NCBI RefSeq assembly: GCF_004010195.1
Contig: NC_057718.1
Span: 100,899,637-100,963,636 of the forward strand
Origin: Chiloscyllium plagiosum
Lineage: Eukaryota
DNA length: 64,000 bases
Direction: 5' to 3'
Shown here: positions 51,601-63,525 of the stretch, piece by piece
How the letters are laid out: each line of letters starts with the position of its first letter
How positions within the stretch are numbered: the stretch's first letter is position 1
Translations under genes and position numbers: made by a program
The notes under the pieces: generated by a model
Seen by the model: the letters and a program-made list of their open reading frames with translations, nothing else
Databases searched by the model: none
What the model was told of the DNA's origin: nothing

Positions 51601-52844
51601 CTTCCCCTTATGCCTTCATGTTGCAGATGATCAGCATGACGTTCAAATAATGGCAGAGCTTAAAGATTTCTCAACATTGTCAGGTCAAGCTGCGGTTGCC
51701 TTAGCTGCAGCTTAGATCCCTGGGTCAGAGGGCAAATGGATTAATGATGTCAGACACATCTTTGAACCTTTTCAACACCATTTTATTGTGCATTGAGCAG
51801 CTGAGCACATTAGTCATGACAAAAGGTTTTTGATTGTTGCAAATAGGCAGACCTTTGGAGCCATTTTCTCTCCCCCTTGGATTGGAGTCTTGCACTGTCG
51901 CTGTGCCTCAATGCATAACCACGATGAAGGAAAGCGACTGTGGTTGCTGTTATCCACACCTTGCTGGATTCGCTGTGGCAGAAGCAAACTGTGCTCAAGC
52001 TGGTCTCCCGCGCTCTCTCGTCTCCTTCATTTTTCTGGTCACTTTTTATCATCCTTTCGTCCCTTGGGGATGCACTGTCCAAGCATTGATGGATAATAGA
52101 GTACAACAAGGGAAACCAATCGTTATATCAAACCCAGACAAAAAAAAACTATTATTGTGTTGCAAATGCACCATCTCTCTCAGGAAGTTAAAACTTTCCA
52201 AAATGGCATCTGCACGCAATTATACTTTTCCGGACATTGCACATTACTATTAACGTTTAGAAGTAATAGTCCAATATTTATCTTGCAAAGTCTTTGGTTT
52301 TGTGTTTGAAGCTGAAATGTATTTCCAACACTTGTTGTTTTTGTGTGGGAAAGTGTCTGGAAGTTGAACAGAATGATAAGTGTCTTACTGCTGCTTTAAT
52401 TAGTAGTAAGGCCAGGGACTTTCCTTATATTAACAGCAAATATAATCAAACACTTGAGGAAAAAAAAACAATTCAACTTATGTTTCCAGCTTACATCGAT
52501 TCCTTATTTATCACTCAAAGTCACTTAAATGCGTGTGGTTCACAAAATCAAAGTCATTATTTAACCTTGGATGTCTGCCTACAACTGCGTTTATACTGAA
52601 ATAGTTGAGAAATAAATATTTTGGGGTTTTCTGAAGTTCTGAAAGGACAAAGTACAGTCTAGGGCTGATAGGTTATGTAGATAATTTTATTCTTTTTACA
52701 GCAATATTTTTCTTTTTGTACTTCGCATTTACCACATTAAGTGTTTGAATAATACTTATTTCAATTCCAAGTAAAATCTCTTGTGACTTGAGTTTGAACA
52801 TGAAATCATTGCTATGGATGTGCAGGCATTTTTAAATTTGAGTA

Positions 52845-53340
52845 TTGTTGAAAAGAGAGACATATTGTGAAAGCTTTTCCTTCAACACTCATCAGGACAG
52901 ACGCAAGAAAACCAGACTTCAAAGGGAGCAACAATTCATATTGCATGAGAGAAGGTTAACAAGCCAACCCTGCTTCATCATGATGTTGCCATGGAGAAAG
53001 TAATGGGAAATTATTATCTCCAATCCATGCGTTTAATTAAAAAAAAATGGTGCTTGAATTTATACTTTTTCCTGCAAAGGGTCCCTGCTTATGACTAAAG
53101 GTAGCTTGTAGAAAGTGTAAGTGAGCCACTTATAATTTTAACAAAAGAAACTAAAACAGAGGGGACAAGAGTTTCCAGGTGCATTATCCATAATAATATC
53201 TCAACCGCTCAGAGTCCACCTGTCAACCATTTTCTTAAGCAGTAACTGTTGCTCCCTTCCAAATTTGGCATTCTTGGTACATGCATGCCCAAAGGCTTTT
53301 AGCAGTATGATCTACCTTCAGCAGTCCTCAGGTTTTGTAT
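52845..53340. repeat. Old diverged element with inverted ends, possibly another Penelope-like family
   Basis: The ends are loosely reverse-complementary (TTCAAAGGGAGCAACA versus TGTTGCTCCCTTCCAA). The minus strand near 52870-52900 has GTCCTGATGAGTG...GAAAAGCTT. Confidence 0.45.
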
Positions 53341-54014
53341 TACCAAGCAACACTCAGATTTCATTGAAGTACCATTGTTGCTCTTTCCATTTGTAAGAGG
53401 AGCCTCCAACAGTAGCTCATTTGTTGGTGATGTAAGTCTCTGAAGGTGCTGGAGATGAAATGGGGGGGGAATGCATTGAGCATGTCTCGGCTGTATGTGT
53501 TGTACCCTCTCCTAGCTCTTCCTCCCGTTCCAATTTACAATCAGTTTAGATAATCCCTGTCGGTAAATCCTTTGGCACCCAAGATGGAGTTGAAATTGGA
53601 TGAAATGCAAATGACAACTGGTACAAAGATTAATGCAATTACTGGTGGTTAAAAAAAAAAAGAAAAGAACGGTATTTAAATTATGTGAAATTCTTATTGT
53701 TGAAAGCTCTGGACGTTTTGAAGGCCAGTCATTTCTTCCTTCCGCAGTCTGGTCACTCTGTGTTTAGCTAGATTGAAGTTTGGAGTATCACACAAGAACT
53801 CTCTACCACCATACTGCTTCCAATTCATAGTATTCACATGTCCAGCTCAGGTCTATCTGAGAAATGCAAATGTCTCTGAAACCATTGATGTTCAGGCAGA
53901 AATTCCCTGGGTTGGATCGGGGCTTGTGCCCAAAGTTGAGACACGAAAGCCTATAATGGCCTCCTTTATCAAACAGCATAAAAAAAAGATTGTGTAAAGA
54001 GGTACAATAGAAAG

Positions 54015-54706
54015 AGACCTAAGAGTGCAGGTTCATAATTCCTTGAAATGGGAGTCTCAGATAGACAGGGAGATGAAAAAGGCATTTGGTGCGCTTGCCT
54101 TTATTGTTCAGCATATTGCGTATAAGAGTTGGGAGGTCATGTTGCAGCTTTACAGGACATTGGTTAAGCTGCTTTAGGAATACTGTTCAATTCTGGTCTC
54201 CTTGCTATAGGAAGGATGTTGTTAAACTTGAAACAGTTCCAAAAAGGTTTACAAGGATGTTACTACAGTTGGAGTGTTTGAGCTATAGGATGAGGCTGAA
54301 TAGGCTGGAGTATCGATGGATGAGGGGTGACCTGACTGAAATTTATAAAATCATGAGGGGCATGGATAGGCTGGATAGCCGAGATCTTTTCCCCAGGGTT
54401 GGGGAGTCCAAAACTAGAGGGTATAGGTTTTAAGGTGAGATGGGAAAGATTTAAAAGGGATTTAAGGGGCAACTTTTTCACGCAGAGGGTGGTGTGTGTA
54501 TGGAATGAGCTGCCAGAGAAAGTGGTAGAGGCTGGTACAATTATAACATTTAAAAGGCATCTGGATGGGTATATGGATAGGAAGGGTTTGGAGGGATATG
54601 GGTCAAATGCTGGCAAATGGAAATGGACTAATTTCAGTTATCTGGTCGGCATAGACACTTTAGACTGAAGGGTCTGTTTCCATGCTGTACGTCCCTATGA
54701 TTCTAT
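54015..54706 (+). mobile_element. CR1 LINE 3' fragment
   Basis: VQFWSPCYRKDVVKLETV.KRFTRML...; ends CTATGATTCTATG. Confidence 0.9.
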
Positions 54707-54862
54707 GTTAGTGTTAGTCTATTCTTTCACCAGAACCTTGTGTGGTTCATTTTTTTAAGTTGAGGAAAATCTCTCTTGTTATCCTTACCTTTCACCCAGC
54801 GCATGTTCATTCATTTTTCTTTCATATTTATATCAGACCTGAATCTAATATGTCCCCGAAAT

Positions 54863-55145
54863 GGGCGGCACGGTGGCACAGCGGTTAGCACTGCTGCCTC
54901 ACAGCGCCAGAGATCCGGGTTCAATTCCCACCTCAGGCAACTATCTGTGTGGAGTTTGCACATTCTCTGGGTGCTCTGGTTTCCTCCCACAGTCCAAAAA
55001 TGTGCAGGTTAGGTGAATTGGCCATGCTAAATTGCCCGTAGTTTTAGGTGAAGGGGTAAATGTAGGGTGGGTTGCTCTTTGGAGGGTCGGTGTGGACTTG
55101 TTGGGCTGAAGGGCCTGTTTCCACACTGTTAGTAATCTAATCTAA
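54863..55145 (+). mobile_element. HE1 SINE
   Basis: GGGCGGCACGGTGGCACAGCGGTTAGC head, B box GGTTCAATTCC, V-domain and (AATCT)n tail. Confidence 0.88.
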
Positions 55146-56879
55146 ATGATGTATTCTGCTTGCACGGATGACTTTCATGAATATTAAAGTTTATTTTCTC
55201 AAAAAAAGTAGCCTTTCTCCCACACACAGAAACTCAAGAATAAAACATCTTTAATTTGCTTTGTTTATTTAAATGGTTTCACAGCTCCTCTGCTTCATAA
55301 ACTGTTCAGAGTAATGTCAGTGCAACATAATAAAAATCACTTGTGGTTCTTAAAATAGTCCCTAAATAATTCAATGTTTAGTTGTTTTATAACTATGAAA
55401 TATGCAGGAAAATAAACTGTTTGGTTCCATACAAAGCTCTGAGCTGATCATATTTTTATGACCCTGAGGTCCTTTCTCCTGCAATAAATCCTGGAGTCTG
55501 AGATTGAGATTTCATTTTACCACTGACTGATCCAATCTCTTTCCACTTGAAAGAGGGTGAGGAAGAAATGGTTGTCCGTTTCTTATAACTGTATTTCATT
55601 GTCTCAATGAAATGTTCAACTGCGGAGTAATAACTTGGATTAGCATCTCGATTAGTTTGCAGTCAGCAATCTGAAACATGTGACAAGATGGGGTTTAAGT
55701 GTGAAAGTGGATTTGAGGTTGTGTTGGTTGAGCTCTTAAAGTGGCATAAGTCTTAGTTGCACAAGGCATTAACCTAATGTGTTGGGATTGGTTCTCAGAC
55801 TCTAGATTCCTTTATTGAGTATCAAGCATATAAGAATGCTCTTGTTATGAGATATTACTACATACCTCAGGAACAGGTAGGACTTGAGCCCTGGCATCTT
55901 GCCTCAAAGATAGGTTTACTACTAATGCACCACAAGAGAACACACGTCCAGCTTGGAGACACAAGCTGTTGCCAACTTTCAGCAAAGTGAAACTGAAAGT
56001 GGATTGCATGATACACTTGACTGTTTCCCTTCTAGTGGTCTATGCAGGTATGCACTCATACCCTTACTGGCATGATCTTATTGAATTGTGGGGCACCATT
56101 GAGGGGCTGAATAGCCTACTGTTGCTTATGTTAATTCTCTAACCATTCTTGATGTGTTTGTCCTGCTGAAAGTGTTATGTTTAAGTTTCAGTGCCTTGTA
56201 CATTACTCTTCACAACACCGTCAGTTGAGTCTCTGGAAAGAATCTAAAGAATCTAATGAGCAGCATGGGGACTCTTTGGAGGGTCGGTGTGGACTCGATG
56301 GGCTGAATGGCCTGCCTCCACATGTAAGGATTTTATGATTTGGTAGCTCCTACCTTGCAGCTTTGGGACACACTCCAGTTATTTGTTCAAGTTGCCATCT
56401 GTCATAGGGAATAATAAATTATTCACCAGTCTGATTCAGTGAACCTTTAATCACATTAATTTAAGCTGCTGTATTGAAAAATCTAAATTTTTTTAAAATA
56501 AAAACTCTGCACTTAAAATGGATGTAATCTTCAACTAGAAACCAGGTTACTCTAAATTAGACTTGATGTTTATTCCCTCAAGGGATGAGGGCACCTTTGG
56601 CTGGGCCAGCATTTATTGCCCATCCCCAATTGCCCAGAGAGCATTTAATAGTCAACCACATTGCAGTGGATCTGGCATCACATGCAGGTCTGACGAAGGT
56701 AGGAATGAAAGTTTCCTTTCCAAAAGGACATGAGTGAACCAGGTGGGTTTTTCTAACAATTGACACATCGCCATCATTAGACTCTTAATTCCAGATTTTT
56801 TACTGAGTTCAAATTCCACCAGCTGCCGTGGGGGGATTCGCACTCAGGTCTCCAGGACATTACCTGTGTCCGTCAATTA

Positions 56880-57470
56880 CACACATGTGTCCATTGTTCT
56901 CAATGTGGTCTCCTCTACATCGGGGAGACAGGACGCCAACTTGTAGAGCACTTCAGAGAGCATCTCTGGGACATGTGCTGACCACTTCAACTCCCCGTCA
57001 AGGGCATGCAGATGTTGGGCCTCCTCCATCGCCATACCCTAACCACCCAACGCCTGGAGGAAGAACGCTTCATCTTCCACCTTGGGACCTTCAACCACAT
57101 GGGATCAATGTTGATTTCACCAGTTTCCTCATTTCCCCTCCCCCCACCTTATCCCAGATCCAACTTTCCAACTCAGCACCACCGTCTTGAACTGTCCCAG
57201 CTGTCCATCTTCCTTCCCATCTATCCATTCCACCCTCCTCTCCGATTTATCAGCTTCACCCCCACCTCTATCTACATATTGCATTCCTGGCTACCATTCC
57301 CCCTGCATTTATCTCTTTGCCCCCATTCTCCCCCCCGATTCCTGATGAAGAGCTTATGCTCGAAACTTCAACTCTCCTTCTCCTCAGATGCTGCCTGACC
57401 TGCTGTGCTTTCCCAGCACCACACTTTTCAGCTCTGACTTCCAGCACCTGGTGTCCTCACTTTCCCCTCT
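56880..57470 (+). mobile_element. Penelope-like retroelement, 5'-truncated: GIY-YIG remnant plus terminal repeat with hammerhead motif
   Basis: From 56895 it encodes CSQCGLLYIGETGRQLVEHFREHL; ORF 57006 gives MQMLGLLH...RLEEERFIFHLGT. Hammerhead core CTGATGA-A-GAGC-TTAT-GCTC-GAAA near 57342-57365. Flanking duplication GTCAATTA at 56872-56879 and 57471-57478. Confidence 0.85.
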
Positions 57471-58715
57471 GTCAATTAATAGTCTGGCGATAATACCATG
57501 GGACCATTGCCTCCCCTAGAATTTGAAGAGCATTCCTGAATTCTTCACCCTAGTTCGCCTTGAATGTCTCACTCCACCATCTCAATTCAAGAGTGTCTTG
57601 AACATTTTTGTAAGTTATCTGCGTTCCCACTTGTGATTGGAAGTCGTCTTTTTCTAACCTGCTTCCCAAAGAAGAAAGGCGGAACAGGCTGCAACTCCTT
57701 TTTCTCTATAAGATACAACTGTTCCAGAGAAGTGTCATTCTGGACTCGAAATGTTTACTCTGCTTCTCTCTCTCTGCAGGTGCTACCAGACCTGTTGAGT
57801 TTCTCCAGCAGTCTCTGTTTCTATTTCAGATTTCCAGCATCCCCATTGTTTTGCTTTTAAGCTGAGGGAGGTGATCTGGTAGAGATTGTGGTAACACCTT
57901 GATTGCCAATACTGGCATCTCCTGGTACCTGCCATCCCTGGGCATGTATCAGAGTACAGATGTAAGGATTAGGTAATTTATTGCCAACTCCTTTGTCTGT
58001 ACTTTGTCTTGGGTCTGGCAAATTATCAGGGATCGACGATACCATAGAGACCTTACAGTAGAGGTTAACAAGTTGGTTTGTTATATTGCATCGCATATCA
58101 GGTATAATTACCAGGACTGTTCAGAGCTGTGCAGAATATATCTGCTCCTCCCCACTTCCCCATCATAGATCTCACTGTCTCTAACTTGGACACTACATCA
58201 TTGGAGCTCAACATGACATGAACACGAACTCTTACAAAAAGCATTAACTTATGCAACAGAGATATCTGAGATTGAGTTTGATCAGGTGGCTTCAGAAATG
58301 ATATTTTCACTTCAGAAAACTGCCCAAAGTCAGGGGTCAGAAATCGAAAGCAGTTCTTGATAAATGCAATTATAAATTCTGGAGAAGCTTTTTTTTCACC
58401 TAGAACACAGCTAGAATGCAGAATTGATGCCCCAAAGAGACAAACAGTGAAGATAATGTTGAAATATTATTTGGCAACAGGAGTTGAAATGCCCATCAGC
58501 CATGATTAAATGGCAGAATGGACTTGATGGGCCAAATGGCCTTACTTCCACTCCTATGTCTTATGGTTTTATGGTCTTAATTTAAGGGGAAGCGAGATAG
58601 GCACATGAAGGGAGTACAAGGCTATACTGATAGGTGTCTTATCATTGGGCTCTGAAAGTCTTTGCAATAAAACTGTTGGCTCCATGTTCTGTTTTTTGAC
58701 ATTAGCCTCACAAGC

Positions 58716-59826
58716 ATTAAATTAACTAATGAAATATATTTATGGTTTCAGATAAAGTTATGAAATACAGAGAATCAGAATAATCACAATATTTTTGATT
58801 TGATTTATTATTGTCATGTACCTAAGTCAGTGAAAAGTTTTGTTTTTCATGTAGCGTAGTCAGATCATATCATACAAGCATCATAGGGTGATTGAACAGA
58901 GCAAGGAATACAAAGAGGGTTCACAAAAAGCAAGGTCAATATTAGATTTAAAATTTGAGAGGTCCATTCAGAAGTCTAATAACAGCAGGGAAGAAGCTGT
59001 TCTAGAGCCTGTTGGTACGTGTTTCAGCTTTTGTATCTTCTGCCCGATAGAAGAGGATGGAAGAGATTGTAACCGGGGTGGCAGGGGTCTTTGATGATGC
59101 CGACTGCCTTTCTGAGGCAGTGGGAAATGTAGATAGAGTCAATGGATGGAAGGTTAGCTTGTGTGATGGACTGGGCTGTGTTCACAAGTCTTGTGGTTAC
59201 TGACTCACTGGTGGCTTGTGGCTAATTAGCTTTGCTGCCATCAATCCTCTTTTAGACTTTGAGTCTGAAGGCTTTTGTCAATTAATGGTGGTGGAGGGTA
59301 GACCACTGTAGAGTCTTGACAAGAAAAGGCACAAAGAATAGTTTGCAAATGATAGTAATAGGTGCATTATGCCTTACAATTGGTTACATCTATCAGGAAC
59401 TAGATAGGTCACAATTGTCAACATCAGGACCTTGTGCAAGACTATCTGTTTCTCCAGCTGAAGCCGTACGACATCATCAGATTGGGTGGAGCAAATGCAA
59501 CTTCAGTATTGACTCTTTCTCATTAACCTCCATAGCAGTAGGATGAAATAAGGAAGATAATGTGGGCCCTTAATATTGGAAAGAATTACTTGGGCTAAAT
59601 GGCTTGTTTCTTAGCTATAAATACTTTGAAACAGAATACAAAGGTCTGGGGATTAACAATCCTCCTACGTGTAGCACTGCTAACACAGAAGTGCAGTCAC
59701 ATGCTCTTAACTCAATTCAGATGTACAGAAATATGCATGTAGATAGAATACTCAGCAGATTAAATTAACTAATGAAATATATTTATGGTTTCAGGTAAAG
59801 TTATGAAATGCAGAGAACTAGAATAA
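58716..59826 (+). repeat. Spaced direct duplication, 68 bp (58716-58783 and 59759-59826)
   Basis: ATTAAATTAACTAATGAAATATATTTATGGTTTCAG...AGAATAA, 4 mismatches, no gaps. Confidence 0.88.
58795..59187 (-). mobile_element. Rex1/Babar-like LINE 3' fragment
   Basis: Clearly homologous to 62705-63525; a shorter piece lies near 42548-42650. Confidence 0.68.
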
Positions 59827-60442
59827 CCATAGCCAGAGTACAAAGCAGTGATGATATGGATCAGATAGCTCACTCAAGGTCTTGTCAGCCCTTGTTTAGT
59901 AGTTAAAATAATTTCCTGGACTCAGACCAAGCCCTCAGTGCCAGCATGGTGAATGTAAAAAGTCTAGTCTTCACATGCCCCTGAGGAAGAGAATGCTGCT
60001 TTGAGCCGTATCCCTCTGATTAGGAGTTTCACATTCAATTACAAAGACAAATGCTCACGGAGCTCTTTTGTCTGAAAAGCCTCAGCATTCCACAAAGCTA
60101 AAGAACAATTGTAAGACTGTCGCCTTTTTTAAATATCAACTTAATTTCTTTGATGTGCTAAATTATTTTATATGAAAGAATTTTAATCAAATTGCTTCAG
60201 AAAGTACAATTACCTAACTATTAAATTTATGCAAGATTATGGAAAATTCATTCCCATCGTTATCTTAAAGGAAAATGCTTCCTTGATTTCAGTAATTTTT
60301 CATTTAAAAGAAAAGTGGAAATTTTCCTAAACTTTGCCTCTTTTACTTGCTGCTATTAGCCAGCTCTTCTCTAATCCTAACCTCCAACATTTGTGAATTG
60401 TAGAATCCCTACAGTGTGGAATCAGGCCATTCGACCTATCAA

Positions 60443-61413
60443 GGGGTATAGTTAGTAAGCTTGCTGATGACACCAAAATTGGAGGTGTAGTGGACAGTGA
60501 AGAAGGTTAGAGCTGAAAATGTGTTGCTGGAAAAGCGCAGCAGGTCAGGCAGCATCCAAGGAACAGGAGACTCGACGTTTCGGGCATAAGCCCTTCTTCC
60601 TGAATTCTCCTGTTCCTTGGATGCTGCCTGACCTGCTACACTTTTCCAGCAACACATTTTCAGCTCTGATCTCCAGCATCTGCAGCCCTCACTTTCTCTA
60701 GTGAAGAAGGTTACCTCACATTACAACGGGATCTTGACCAGATGGGCCAATGGGCTGAGGAGTGACAGATGGAGTTTAATTTAGATAAACATGAGGTGCT
60801 GCATTTTGGGAAAGCAAATCTTAGCAGGACTTATACACTTAATGGTAAGGTCATTGGTTAGGCCACTGTTGGAATATTGCATGCAGTTCTGATCTTCCTA
60901 TCGGAAAGATGTAATGAAACTTGAAAGGGTTCAGAAAAGATTTACAAGGATGTTGCCAGGGTTGGAGGATTAGAGCTTTAGGGAGAGGCTGAACAGGCTG
61001 GGGCTGTTTTCCCTGGAGCGTCGGAGGCTGAGGGGTGACCTTATAGAGGTTTATAAAATCACGAGTAGCATGGATAGGGTAAACAGACAAAGTCTTTTCC
61101 CTGGGGTCAGGAAGGCCAGAACAAGAGGACATAGGTTTATGGTGAGAAAGGAAAGATATAAAAGAGATCTAAGAGGCAACTTTTTCACTCAGAGGGTGGT
61201 ATGTGTATGGAATGAGCTGTCAAAGGAAGTGGTGGAGGCTAGTATAATTGCAACATTTAAAAGGCATCTGGATGGGTATATGAATAGGAAGGGTTTGGAG
61301 GGATATGGGCCAGGTGCTGGCAGGTGGGACTAAGTGGTTTGGGATATCTGGTTGGCATGGATGGGTTGGACTAAAAGGTCTGTTTCTGTGCTATACATCT
61401 CTCTAACTCTATT
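60443..61413 (+). mobile_element. CR1 LINE 3' fragment with an internal deletion near 60852
   Basis: Starts at the RT motif SKLADDTKIGG, continues through the ORF2 C-terminus and 3' UTR. Confidence 0.9.
60510..60699. mobile_element. Palindromic Penelope-derived element inserted in a CR1 LINE
   Basis: Inverted arms; 14-bp TSD AGTGAAGAAGGTTA at 60496-60509 and 60700-60713. Confidence 0.8.
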
Positions 61414-61780
61414 TGTCACACCAACCCTCTGAAGACCATCCCACAGAGACTCAGTCCCCTATCCTATTCCACGGCCAAAGTTTGGACTGTGGGAGGAAAC
61501 TGGAGCACGAAGAGGAAACCCACACAGGCAGGGGGTGAATGTGCAAACTCTACATAGACAATTGCTCGGGGGTGATATGAGAAGTTCTTAGATTCCTTTC
61601 TCACTCAAATAAAGTCCAAGCAGTTTTGGTTGCTTCCCTAAACTGCTTACTCACTGAATCAAGCCTTCCTCATAAAAACTGTCTCCTTCAACCTTTGCAA
61701 CATTGATGGACTCAGCCTATCATACTTGCAACCCTCTTTCATTCCCTTCAAGATTTGATGCTTCTATATTGATTTGAGAC

Positions 61781-62385
61781 AAAAAAAAACTGCAGATGTT
61801 GATATCCAAAGTAGACAGGCAGGGGGCTGGAAGAACACAGCAAGCCAGGCAGCATCAGGAAGTGGAGAAGTCAACGTTTCGAGTATAACCCTTCTTCAGG
61901 ACTGGGAGTGAGTGGGGGGTGGGGGAGGGGGGTGCAGGTAAAGATGGTGGGGTGGTGAAGTTAAGATAGGTGAAGACAGGTAGAGGGTACAACCTGTTTG
62001 GTCAAGGTTAGGAATGACTCCGGTTGGTGGCAAGGAGCAGTGGAAAGGAAGGGGAGGGGCTGGGAAGGGAGTAGGGAGATGGGAATTTCAAATAACTACC
62101 CTTCCCAGTCGCTCCCCCTCCCTTCCACTCCTCCCAGCGACCAACTAGGTCCATTCCTCCCATTGACCAACAAGGTCGAACCCTCTCTACCTGTCTTCAC
62201 CTATCCTCACTTCACCACCCTGTCCCTCCTCCCCCCCCTCCCCTCCACCCCACTNAACCCACTCTGTTTATCTGCAACTCACCCTACACCCACCCCAGTC
62301 CCAAAGAAAGGTTACAACTGAAACATCTCCACCTCCTGATGCTGCCTGGCTCACTGGGTTCTTCCAGCCTCCTGCTTGTCTATTG
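61781..62385. mobile_element. Long (about 600 bp) fold-back Penelope-derived element
   Basis: A G-rich left arm and C-rich right arm are imperfect reverse complements; intact hammerhead motif on the minus strand at 61869-61903; contains the single N at 62255. Confidence 0.75.
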
Positions 62386-62704
62386 TAGATTGATGTACCA
62401 TCCTTCACCCTCAATTCATCCACATGCAAAATTCTAAGAGTCCTCACCTTGTTGGCACTAACTTTCATTGACGTTTGATAGCACTGACCAGCACTAGGTT
62501 CTGATCCCTCAGTCCATCGCATTTAACGTCCTCATGCTTGTATTTTAGATTTTCTGTGGTCTCACCCCTTTCTGTCTTTATAATCGGTCCCACCAATACT
62601 AACCTTTTCTTCCATCTTTTTCACTCAGCACTCCCTCTTCTCTGCTTTTCTGATCCAAATCATCTTTGTATCCTGCACTTCATCCCTTGATCAGAGTTTT
62701 TAAA

Positions 62705-63525
62705 ATTTATTTGATTTATTATCATGTGTGCCTAAGTATGTTGAAAAGCTTTGTTTGTGAGCAGTATAGGCAGATCATAGAAAGCAAGGACATACAGATC
62801 ATAGGGTGGAAAAAAAAGCTTGGACAGAGGCATACAGGCTACACTGTGCAGGGTGTGCAGTGGACAAGAGCAACATTCCTGAAGAAGGGCTTATGCCCGA
62901 AACGTTGATTTTCCTGTTCCTTTGATGCTGCCTGACCTGCTGTGCTTTTCCAGCAACACATTTTTAAGCTCTGATCTGCAGTCCTCACTTTCTCCTACAA
63001 GATCAGCATTGGCAAGATCAACATTATTTGAAGTTAGAGAGTCCATTCACCTGTCTGATAACGGCTGGGAAGAAGCTGTTCCTGAAACTGCTGGTGCTTG
63101 GTGATGGAAAAGCACAGCAGGTCAGGCAGCATCTGAGGAGCAGGAGAATCAAAGTTTTGGGCCATAGCCCTTCATCAGGAAACAGCTTATGCCTGAAACG
63201 TCGATACTCTTGCTCCTCGGATGCTGCCTGACCTGCTGTGCTTTTCCAGTAACACACTCTTGAGCCTGCATCTGTAATCCTCACTTTCTCCGGATGGAAG
63301 AGGTTGTAGGAGAGCATTGCCGGGGTTTGATGGGACTTTGATGATGTTGGTGGCATTTCTGTGGCAAGAAGCTGTGTAAATAGAGTCTGTGGGTGGAAGT
63401 TTGGCTTCCATGATAGATGGGCTGTGCGCATCACCTTCTCTCGGTTCTTATGGTCCTGGGCAGAGCAGTTGCTGCACCAGGCCGTTATACCACCCAGACA
63501 GTATGCTTTCTGTTATGCGTCTGTT
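62705..63525 (-). mobile_element. Rex1/Babar-like LINE 3' fragment with two Penelope-derived inserts (about 62875-62996 and 63100-63292)
   Basis: LPPTDSIYTASCHRNATNIIKVPSNPGNALLQPLPSG and SFRNSFFPAVIR match the recalled Rex1/Babar ORF C-terminus. Confidence 0.7.

Larger units (their letters stand above)
60401..61575 (-). mobile_element. HE1 SINE split by a CR1 insertion (SINE parts 60401-60442 and about 61415-61575)
   Basis: The pieces rejoin as HE1 tail and V-domain when 60443-61413 is removed. Confidence 0.75.

Noticed and set aside
54863..54935. tRNA genes suggested by A/B boxes (also at other SINE heads)
   Set aside because: They continue directly into SINE bodies, and I could not fold a convincing cloverleaf.
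62255..62255. Single N base
   Set aside because: Assembly ambiguity in a C-rich arm of a fold-back repeat; it only cautions about local accuracy.
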